From NCBI GenBank assembly GCA_038230375.1, contig JBBRNJ010000004.1, positions 128,001 to 192,000 of the forward strand: a stretch of 64,000 bases of DNA. The letters are read 5' to 3'. The notes below the pieces were generated by a model. The model did not search any database and had not been told where the DNA came from. It saw nothing but the letters and a program-made list of their open reading frames with translations. Positions 56,797 through 64,000 of this stretch are shown piece after piece. Made by a program: the position numbers and the translations under genes. The DNA is from Polyangiales bacterium (lineage in GTDB: Bacteria > Myxococcota_A > Polyangia > Polyangiales > Polyangiaceae). Each line of letters opens with the position of its first letter. Within the stretch, counting starts at the first letter, position 1.

Positions 56797-57536
56797 GCGA
56801 TGAGCTACCCGACATGAGCGAGACTGCACGCGCGCTCCTTCGTGGCGAGAAGGGCCCGCTCTCCGCGGCGCCCGGCAAGGCACGCGTTGCCACGCGCCTC
56901 GATGCGACGCTGTTCGGACCCGCAGGTGGTGGCGGCGGTGGCGGCGGTGCAGGTGGCGAGCCTGCGAAGGTCGCGGCGCCCACGGGCTCCGCGGCTACCA
57001 GTGCTGTGAGCGGCGCGAAATGGATGTCCCATGCGGTGATCGGCCTTGTCGGCGTGGTGATGGGCGTCGCGCTGACTGTGGCGCTGCGCAAGCCGGACGT
57101 CATGCAAGCTCCACCGACCGTTGTCTCGGTCTACGTCGATCGCGCGCCACCGCCGAGCGCCACACCGGTGACGCCCATCGTGCTCACCTCCGCAACCCCG
57201 GTCACGAGCACCAGCGCGCAGGCAGCGACGAGCGCCAGTGCTCCCGTGCAGCAGCGTCCAGACACCCTCTCGGAGGAGCGCGCTCTGCTCGACCCCGCAC
57301 GCACGGCGCTGGGACGTGGCGACGGCGCGAGCGCGCTGTCTGGTGTGCAGAAGCACGAGCAGCGCTTCCCGAAGGGCCAGCTCACCGAGGAGCGCGAGGC
57401 GATCGCGGTTCAGGCTCTTGTTGCGCTGCGTCGGGGCGACGAGGGCCGCGCGCGCGGTGAGCGCTTCAAGCGCACCTATCCGAACAGCGTGCTCGCTCCC
57501 GCCGTGAACGCCGCGCTCGATGCGATCCCGAAATAG
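56793..57536 (+). CDS. Putative anti-sigma factor (TM plus C-terminal TPR-like domain)
   Basis: Coupled to the ECF gene (GTGA); single TM; L.EERALL..AR.AL...H..RFP.GQL.EERE. Confidence 0.8.
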   Translation: MSDELPDMSETARALLRGEKGPLSAAPGKARVATRLDATLFGPAGGGGGGGGAGGEPAKVAAPTGSAATSAVSGAKWMSHAVIGLVGVVMGVALTVALRKPDVMQAPPTVVSVYVDRAPPPSATPVTPIVLTSATPVTSTSAQAATSASAPVQQRPDTLSEERALLDPARTALGRGDGASALSGVQKHEQRFPKGQLTEEREAIAVQALVALRRGDEGRARGERFKRTYPNSVLAPAVNAALDAIPK

Positions 57537-57896
57537 TCAGCCGGTTCGTAGCGCCGGATCCTTCGTCAGCTCCTGGATGAACGCGTCCCAGCGCGCTCGC
57601 CCGGAGATCTCGCCGAAGAACTCGATGCCGATGCCCGCCTGCTGTATCACGCCGTTGGCGTCCTGGCCCGGCGGCTGGACGTGCACCACCATCGCGTGGC
57701 CGCTGACGTCATGATGATCCGGCAGCAGAAAGGACACGCGCACCAGCTTGCGCGGCCCCGTCGCGAGGTCCGTACGCAGATACGCGCCCCGGAAGCTCAC
57801 GTCGTCCGTGACGATCTCGCGCGTGTCGTGACCGAGGGTCAGCGTCGTGACTAGCTGCGCGCGGTAGCGCAGATCGCGGCGGTTCTCGGTGACCAT
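57537..57896 (-). CDS. PilZ-domain protein
   Basis: RRDLR (RxxxR) and DVSFRG (DxSxxG); GIGIEF. Confidence 0.85.
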   Translation of the reverse strand: MVTENRRDLRYRAQLVTTLTLGHDTREIVTDDVSFRGAYLRTDLATGPRKLVRVSFLLPDHHDVSGHAMVVHVQPPGQDANGVIQQAGIGIEFFGEISGRARWDAFIQELTKDPALRTG

Positions 57897-58034
57897 GAAC
57901 ACGAGTTAGGCCAAGCGCGTCGCTTGGACAAGAGTGAGCGGACGCACGGCTGGGCGGAGCACCAAAAACCGGGGCAAAACACCTCAATTTGCGCGGTGCA
58001 CAAGCGGCGGAGCTTCCGGTTATCATGGCCGACG

Positions 58035-58520
58035 ATGAAGAAACATCTGCGGATACAGGCTGTGTTGCTCGTCCTCGTGGCCGCGCTTGGTCTCTCTCAG
58101 CTCAACTGCGGGCTCATCCTCCACCCCGAGCGCAGCGGCCGCCACGGATCGCGCGTCGACGTCGTCGCCATCGTGCTTGATTGCGTGTGGCTGCTGGTCG
58201 GCATCATCCCGGGGGTCGTCGCGCTCCTGATTGATTTTGTCACCGGGGGGATCTACGAGGCCCGGCTGCACCAGCTGCGACCGGGGGATCCCGTTGGCCT
58301 TCGGTTCAACGGTCCCGCGCCCGCCACGGCAGACGTGGACATCACGCTCACCGCGCCGGACGGCACCATGCACTCTCTTGCGAGCCGCCACGTCGAGAAG
58401 GGCGAGGAGATGGACCAGGCGCCGCTTCACCTGCCTGACACGCTCACGCCGGGCCGCTACGGCATCTCGATCGCCATCAACGGACACGAGAACGCGCACT
58501 TCTCGCTCCAGGTGCAGTGA
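58035..58520 (+). CDS. Hypothetical lipoprotein/membrane protein
   Basis: [28 protein letters not shown]. Confidence 0.7.
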   Translation: MKKHLRIQAVLLVLVAALGLSQLNCGLILHPERSGRHGSRVDVVAIVLDCVWLLVGIIPGVVALLIDFVTGGIYEARLHQLRPGDPVGLRFNGPAPATADVDITLTAPDGTMHSLASRHVEKGEEMDQAPLHLPDTLTPGRYGISIAINGHENAHFSLQVQ

Positions 58521-58533
58521 GGACGGGCCGAGG

Positions 58534-59424
58534 ATGAAGGCGCTTCGAACACCGGAAGAACGCTTCGCGGATCTGCCCGACTACCCTTTCACTCCGCACT
58601 ACGTCGACGTGGGCGCAGACCTCCGCATGCACTACGTGGACGAGGGTCCGCGCGACGGGCGCATCGTCCTCATGTTGCACGGTGAGCCCTCGTGGAGCTA
58701 CCTGTACCGGAAGATGATCCCGGTGTTCGCGAAGGCGGGCTTCCGCGCGATCGCACCGGATCTCATCGGCTTCGGGAAGAGCGACAAGCCCACGCGCACG
58801 GACGACTACTCGTACGCAGGACACGTGGCGTGGATGGTGCGCTTCCTCACGGCGCTGGACCTCTCTGGAATGACGCTGGTGGCGCAGGACTGGGGCTCAC
58901 TCATCGGGCTGCGTGTGGCCATGGAGAACGAAGCGCGCTTCTCGCGCATCGTGATCGCCAACGGCTTCTTGCCCACGGCGGACCGAGGCGTGCCGGCGGC
59001 CTTTCGCGCCTGGCGTGCGTTCGCGCGCTTCTCGCCGGTGTTCCCCATCGGGCGCATCGTCGCCTCCGGCTGCGTGAGCAAACCAGATGCGCGCATTCGC
59101 GCCGCATACGATGCCCCGTTCCCGACGTCTGCGTACAAGGCGGGGGCGCGCATCTTCCCCGCGCTCGTGCCAACCAGCCCCGACGACCCTGCCGTGCCCG
59201 CGAACCGCGAGGCGTGGAAGCGCCTGGGGGAATGGAAGAAGCCGTTCCTCACGCTGTTCGGCAAGAACGATCCAATCCTCGGCGGCGCAGACGTGCCGCT
59301 GCAAAAGCACGTGCCCGGCGCAAAGGGACAGCCACACGAGCGCTTCTGGGGTGGGCACTTCGTCCAGGAAGACCGCGGCGACTACCTGGCCGACGCGATC
59401 GTGAAATGGCTCGACGCAAGCTGA
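58534..59424 (+). CDS. Haloalkane dehalogenase (alpha/beta hydrolase)
   Basis: [36 protein letters not shown] nucleophile, AYDAPFP, HFVQED. Confidence 0.92.
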   Translation: MKALRTPEERFADLPDYPFTPHYVDVGADLRMHYVDEGPRDGRIVLMLHGEPSWSYLYRKMIPVFAKAGFRAIAPDLIGFGKSDKPTRTDDYSYAGHVAWMVRFLTALDLSGMTLVAQDWGSLIGLRVAMENEARFSRIVIANGFLPTADRGVPAAFRAWRAFARFSPVFPIGRIVASGCVSKPDARIRAAYDAPFPTSAYKAGARIFPALVPTSPDDPAVPANREAWKRLGEWKKPFLTLFGKNDPILGGADVPLQKHVPGAKGQPHERFWGGHFVQEDRGDYLADAIVKWLDAS

Positions 59425-60386
59425 CCAGAGCCGCGATCCCGGCGATCGTGTTGCTCACGTTGGTCGCATGCGCGACGACGAAGACTTCGACACGGACCTC
59501 GACACCGACCTCGACCTCGACTTCGACTTCGACCTCGACCTCGACTTCGACCTCGACCTCGACCTCGACTTTACTCTCCTCATGCTCTGGCCCTACCGAG
59601 TGCGCCGACTGCACGCGACAAGGCCACTGCCGCTTCTGCACGGGGACTCGGCAGTGCATCACCTTCGCGGAGGCGGAGCGGCCGGGTGCTTGCAGCGGGC
59701 TCTCGCTCGGGCATCCGGACTCGTGTGGCAGTGATCCTGTCGTGGCCGCTCGCGTCCATGCGCGTGAGGTGGCGGCTCGCACGCAGGCGGCGCTCGACAC
59801 GGCGAAGGACATGACGATCGTCGGTGCGCCGATCGCGGCGCGCCTGGAGAGCTTCGGCAAGATCGAGGTGCCGGTGCCCGCGAACACCTGTCATTCGTTC
59901 ATCTACAAGCTCGCCCCCGACGCGAAGCCATCACGGTTGCGCATCTCGATCGACTTCCAGACCAAGCGCAGCTCCGAGGGCGGACTCACTGGCTTCGACA
60001 CCGAGGGGCGCGTGGCCTCCACCACGGGGTGCTCGAGCATCGCTGGTGTCGTGCGCCTTCGGCTTGTCGAGTACGACACCCACGCGCAGCTGCAGAGCGG
60101 CGGCACCGGCGGCCTCACGTTCGAGCTCTACACGCGGCCGCGACGCGCGGACGACCGCGACGACGTTGGCGCCGCTGGCGAGCCTGCGGGCGGTAGTAGC
60201 GAGCTCCGCGGCGGCTCCGTGGGTGTGGACTGCCTGGACTGCACGTTCCCCTGCAGCTCGGGCAAGACTGCCTCCGAGCGCGACTGCTTCCGGAGCGGCG
60301 CCGAGGCCTGGCAGAAGACCATCTGCAACAACACCTGCGAGCAGATCCATCGCTCATGCCTTCGCGGCTGCCCCGGCTGCAACTAG
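59406..60386 (+). CDS. Cys-rich lipoprotein with (ST)n linker
   Basis: LVAC lipobox; PSI-like Cys cluster; C-terminal Cys-rich helical hairpin. Confidence 0.72.
   Translation: MARRKLTRAAIPAIVLLTLVACATTKTSTRTSTPTSTSTSTSTSTSTSTSTSTSTLLSSCSGPTECADCTRQGHCRFCTGTRQCITFAEAERPGACSGLSLGHPDSCGSDPVVAARVHAREVAARTQAALDTAKDMTIVGAPIAARLESFGKIEVPVPANTCHSFIYKLAPDAKPSRLRISIDFQTKRSSEGGLTGFDTEGRVASTTGCSSIAGVVRLRLVEYDTHAQLQSGGTGGLTFELYTRPRRADDRDDVGAAGEPAGGSSELRGGSVGVDCLDCTFPCSSGKTASERDCFRSGAEAWQKTICNNTCEQIHRSCLRGCPGCN
59484..59570 (+). repeat. (TCGACY)n hexamer repeat encoding a Ser-Thr linker
   Basis: About a dozen tcgacc/tcgact units. Confidence 0.9.
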
Positions 60387-60394
60387 ACAGCGAG

Positions 60395-61912
60395 TCAGGC
60401 GCCGCGCATCTCGCGGGCTAGCTTCACGCCGGAGCCTATGGCGCCGGAGACGCTGGGCATCCCAGCGGTGGCGTTCGCGAGGTAGAGATTGCCCAGCGAG
60501 GTCTGCACCGGCTTGCGCGCGAGCGTCACGTTCGCGGGCGTGAGCGCGGCGCCGTACGAGTTGCCCTTGGGTGCGCGGCAATAGCGCGCGTTCGTGGCGG
60601 GCGAGCCGGTCACGCGCATGGTGAGGTGCTCGCGCAGCTTGGGCACGTAGTCTCGCTCCACGATCGCAAGGATGCGATCGCGGATCTTCTTCTTCTCCAC
60701 GTTGTAGGCGCGGCGATCGCGCTCGCGCAGCTCCGCCATGTGCTGGTAGTCGCACGCGGTGCAGAGCTCCAGGATCTGGTGACCAGGTGGGCAGATGCCG
60801 GGCTCGTCCGTATGCAGGCTTGGCGTGCTCATGAAGAGCCACGGATCGGACAGATCGTGGCGGACCAGCTGGTCCTTGTACATGCGCCCGATGTCCGAGT
60901 GCGGGTAGTGCCATACGTTGTGCGAGCCGAACCCGTGCTCGCGAAGATCGATCCCCTGGACGCCCAGGTACATCGTGAACGTGGCGCACGAGTATTCGTA
61001 CCGCGTGCTGTTCCATTCAGCGCGCGAGACATGCCGCCTGCCAACCATCTCCCAGGTTCGCGCGGGATCCATGTTGGAGACGTAGCGCTCCGCCGTGTAG
61101 CGCTCGCCCGTTGCGGTCTCGATCCCGGCGACGCGCCCGCGGTCCAGGTGGATGCGCGACACGGTGGTGCCGAGCTTCATCTCGCAGCCGGGAAGGCGCG
61201 TGAACGCGTTCGCGATCGTGTCCACGAAGTGGCCGAAGTGCTTCCGCGGATAGTACGCGCCGCGGTCGTAGCCATGCACGAGCGCAACGTGGAGGATGAA
61301 GCTCACCTCTTCGGGCGGCAACAGGTAGTCGCCCGACTGCCCTGCGAGGACCGCGCGCAGGTGCGGCGGCATCGCGATCTTGTCGTACACGTCCGCGAGC
61401 GTGTGCCGCTGGTGGCGAAGCAGGTTCGGAAAGCGGAGCGCGGCGCTCGCGAGCACGAGCGGGTTCCAGGAGCTCGGGAGCTCGCGGTCGTCGTCGAGCT
61501 CGCGCGCCACCGCCTCCACGGCCTCGAAGTAGCGGATGATCGGCGTGCGCCACTGTGGATAGCGGCGAATGAGGCGCGACTGGAACGTGAGGAGCCCGTT
61601 CGGGACACGCACGCGGTCGCCCGCCACCACCACGTGATCGAACCCCTCGGGATCGAGGCGCACGAACGGCACCTCGTCGCGGACGCCGATCTCGCGCAGG
61701 AACGTGTCCACTGTGCCGCCTTCGCCGCAGCCAAAGATGTAGTGGACCTGCGCGCAGAACTTGAACCCGCGCATCTCGAACGTGTGCGCATAGCCGCCGG
61801 GGACGTCGTGCGCTTCGAGCAAGAGCACACGTCGCCCGTCGCGGCCGAGCAGGTTCGCAGTGGCAAGGCCAGCCATGCCGGCCCCGATCACGATGTCGTC
61901 AAAGTGAGTCAG
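60395..61912 (-). CDS. Phytoene desaturase/retinol saturase-like FAD oxidoreductase
   Basis: IVIGAGMAGL Rossmann motif, LEAHDVPGG, SPATNARY....GNSYG, NLYL; start probably CTG 61912 (track start 61891). Confidence 0.88.
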   Translation of the reverse strand: MTHFDDIVIGAGMAGLATANLLGRDGRRVLLLEAHDVPGGYAHTFEMRGFKFCAQVHYIFGCGEGGTVDTFLREIGVRDEVPFVRLDPEGFDHVVVAGDRVRVPNGLLTFQSRLIRRYPQWRTPIIRYFEAVEAVARELDDDRELPSSWNPLVLASAALRFPNLLRHQRHTLADVYDKIAMPPHLRAVLAGQSGDYLLPPEEVSFILHVALVHGYDRGAYYPRKHFGHFVDTIANAFTRLPGCEMKLGTTVSRIHLDRGRVAGIETATGERYTAERYVSNMDPARTWEMVGRRHVSRAEWNSTRYEYSCATFTMYLGVQGIDLREHGFGSHNVWHYPHSDIGRMYKDQLVRHDLSDPWLFMSTPSLHTDEPGICPPGHQILELCTACDYQHMAELRERDRRAYNVEKKKIRDRILAIVERDYVPKLREHLTMRVTGSPATNARYCRAPKGNSYGAALTPANVTLARKPVQTSLGNLYLANATAGMPSVSGAIGSGVKLAREMRGA

Positions 61913-63441
61913 CTCAGCGCATCCCTCGCGGCGTTCGCCACATCCGGATACTGCGACTGGCCCAGCTGGCTGAGAAGGCGCTTCACGTCCTTGTTGTCGG
62001 AGTGGTTGCGAAGGCCGCTCAGTACGGGCCAGAGATCATCCTCGCTCTGCGCGCTCATCATGAGCTGCCCGTAGAACGCAGCGGCCTGAGGCGCCTGCAT
62101 GAGCGAGCTCATCGCGCCAATGGCGTCCTTGCGAACCTCCGGCGACGGATCGTTCTGCGCCATGTGCTGCGCCAGCGGCAGGAGCTGCGGCAGGTCGCGG
62201 AAGTTGTTGAACTCGAACGCGACGGCGCGACGCACCTCCTCGTCCGGGTCCGCCATGAGGCGCTGGATGAGCGCCCACACGCGCTGCACGGCGGCCTTGG
62301 GCTGCGAAGAGAGACGACGCGCGATGGTGGAGCGCACCTTCACGCTCGGGTTCTGCGCGTGCTTCTCGTAGACGGCCATCGCGAGCTCGCCCATGCCATG
62401 GTAGTGCGCCAGGCCCAGCGTATCGATGCATGCAGACTGCACCTTTTCCGATGTGTCTCGGTCGCAGATCTCCGCGACCCAGTACATCAGCTGCTGATCG
62501 TCGTTCATGCAGGACAGCGCGCCAACGGCCGCAGCGCGCACCTCCGGCGACTGATCCTGCGCCAGCTGCACGAGGAGCTCGCGCTTGCCGGCGAACTTGT
62601 CTGCGCTGTTGAAGCGAAGGTCGTTCGCCACGTGCTCGCGCGCCTCCGCGCTGGTGTGAGCCGCGAGCTGCTGCACCAGGCCCAGCGCGCCCTCCTCCGC
62701 GAACTTGGTGGCGGCGGTGATGACCTCGTAGAACGTCTCCTCGTCCAGGCCGGGCGTGTTCGCAATGGTGTAGAGCGCCTGCAGGTGCTGGGGCTGCACG
62801 CGGTTGTCGACCAGATTCGCCCACGCCTTGAGCGCCTCGCGCCGGATCTTCACAGTGCCGTGCATCATGTGCTGGGCGATCAGCGGCTCGGCCTCCATCA
62901 GCTCGCCTGCCTCGCCGTAGCAGGCCAGGAAGAAGTCGTAGAGCGCCTTCACGACGGTCTCCTCGTCGTGGCTCTGCAGGCCGGGGAACTTCCCGAGCAC
63001 CTCGGGCAGGGGCAAGCGGCGATTGCCGTCGCTCGAGGCCTCCACGATCTTCACCTCGATCGTCGCGCTCGGATCCTTGATGCCCGGGATGTCCGCAACG
63101 GCCATCACGTTGAAGCTGATGTTGTGCGCGGTCGGCGGGAGGTCGCTCGGGACCGTGAGGCGGAAGGTGAACGGAAGCTGCGCGCCGACCGGCAGCTCGA
63201 TCGCGGCAGCGACCACCTGCTTCGACACCTCGCGTGCGTCGATGTTCGGGAGCGTCTGCCCTTCCTGCGTTGTCACCTTCACGAAGAACAGCTTCACCGC
63301 GAGCTCGGTCACGCGGAACGGCTTCTTGCCGCCGGTGAGCACCATGCGACCGCCGATCACTGCGCCGGGCGAGGCCGTCATGTTGTCGAGCTGCAGCGCA
63401 ACACCCGTACCGCCACCGAACATCGAGTCGAGCAATCCCAT
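61909..63441 (-). CDS. Spo0M/arrestin-N-like domain plus HEAT repeats
   Basis: N-terminal PG..I.G....TGG, F.FRL.VP.DLPPT, ADIPG.KDP; repeated D..PEVR..A HEAT units. Confidence 0.8.
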   Translation of the reverse strand: MGLLDSMFGGGTGVALQLDNMTASPGAVIGGRMVLTGGKKPFRVTELAVKLFFVKVTTQEGQTLPNIDAREVSKQVVAAAIELPVGAQLPFTFRLTVPSDLPPTAHNISFNVMAVADIPGIKDPSATIEVKIVEASSDGNRRLPLPEVLGKFPGLQSHDEETVVKALYDFFLACYGEAGELMEAEPLIAQHMMHGTVKIRREALKAWANLVDNRVQPQHLQALYTIANTPGLDEETFYEVITAATKFAEEGALGLVQQLAAHTSAEAREHVANDLRFNSADKFAGKRELLVQLAQDQSPEVRAAAVGALSCMNDDQQLMYWVAEICDRDTSEKVQSACIDTLGLAHYHGMGELAMAVYEKHAQNPSVKVRSTIARRLSSQPKAAVQRVWALIQRLMADPDEEVRRAVAFEFNNFRDLPQLLPLAQHMAQNDPSPEVRKDAIGAMSSLMQAPQAAAFYGQLMMSAQSEDDLWPVLSGLRNHSDNKDVKRLLSQLGQSQYPDVANAARDALS

Positions 63442-63467
63442 GAGGTTCTCCCGTTGGGGGTGTTCGA

Positions 63468-63483
63468 CGCAGCGCGCTTGCCA
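63468..63483 (-). promoter_or_regulatory. Sigma54 promoter
   Basis: Minus strand TGGCAAGCGCGCTGCG; GGGAGA RBS then ATG 63441. Confidence 0.6.
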
Positions 63484-63537
63484 CGTGGGAAAACCCTTGG
63501 TTTCGCAGCATGCTACGAAAAATCGGAACTTCGCGCG

Positions 63538-63924
63538 ATGGGCAATGTCAGTGTCTTCGTGCGACACAACAAAAGCATTCTCGCCGCGGCGCTCGTCACC
63601 GCAGGTTTCATCGTTGCGCTCGGGTCGGTGGGTCCGGCGTCTGCCGCCGAGCCCTCCGCGTCCGACTGCGTCACCGTCCTTCGCACGGAGAAGTCGCAGG
63701 GCCTGGACATGAACGTGAACAACGCCTGCGGGCGCGGGCTTGCGTGCGAGCTCCGGTGGACGGTGCAGTGCGAGACCCCCGAAGGCAAGGTCACGCAGCG
63801 CGCACCCAAGGCTTCGCGCTTCAACATCGACGCCTCGGGCCAGAACCAGATCACGGCGTCCGCGTCCGCATGCAAGGACAGCTGGACGGTCACCGACGTC
63901 ACGTGGAGCTGCGCAGGCCGCTGA
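63538..63924 (+). CDS. Small secreted Cys-containing protein
   Basis: Signal ending ASA; six Cys; start uncertain (63538 or 63559). Confidence 0.68.
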   Translation: MGNVSVFVRHNKSILAAALVTAGFIVALGSVGPASAAEPSASDCVTVLRTEKSQGLDMNVNNACGRGLACELRWTVQCETPEGKVTQRAPKASRFNIDASGQNQITASASACKDSWTVTDVTWSCAGR

Positions 63925-64000
63925 ACGCTTGGTGAGCGCGCCAAGCTGGCGAGACTCATGGTAGCTTCGCGGCCTTCGAGGAGGGCCGGACGTGAAGCCA

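Noticed and set aside
59484..59570. Tandem repeat considered as a CRISPR array or mobile-element end
   Set aside because: Simple in-frame hexamer without spacers
60395..61912. Carotenoid biosynthesis cluster (crtI)
   Set aside because: No crtB/crtE or other crt genes nearby; the family includes many non-carotenoid enzymes
62002..63537. Long upstream extension of the 63924-ending ORF (likewise 3374, 21911-23269, 50025-51647 and 58692 extensions)
   Set aside because: They overlap real genes; signal peptides and motifs place the true starts much later
1..64000. tRNA, rRNA, IS elements, integrases, prophage genes
   Set aside because: No recognisable motifs found by eye; tRNAscan, Infernal or ISEScan runs would be needed to exclude them formally

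Overview
High-GC (roughly two-thirds G+C by eye) bacterial chromosomal region, almost certainly Myxococcota (Polyangiaceae/Labilithrix-like). The evidence is many Cys-rich lipoproteins with 'DAG/DGG' linkers, a MYXO-CTERM-like tail, a Ser/Thr-kinase-fused sigma54 activator, an ECF/anti-sigma triad and ferritin-like and vWA lipoproteins. There are about 58 coding regions plus several gene remnants. I found no rRNA, tRNA, CRISPR array, integrase or transposase. Highlights: (1) an exported lipoprotein (28887-31958) whose N-terminal half looks like four tandem histone folds (two doublets) fused to a 7-blade FG-GAP/ASPIC-UnbV module. It is divergent from a sigma54-driven di-heme cytochrome c plus exported YyaL pair. 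(2) An orphan fliW coupled to a REC-degenerate GGDEF(I-site intact)-HDOD protein and preceded by an overlooked stand-alone HisKA/DHp micro-protein. (3) A sigma54-driven three-lipoprotein operon sharing YHPxYHP and YbjQ-like HGEG modules. (4) At least eight GG-N10-GC sigma54 promoters, several apparently leaderless, and an AGTTACC enhancer-like array next to the kinase-fused activator. (5) A split lvaAB/lvaC-like (ACAD10/11-type) gene set. All assignments are by-eye motif recognition, and no database searches were run.
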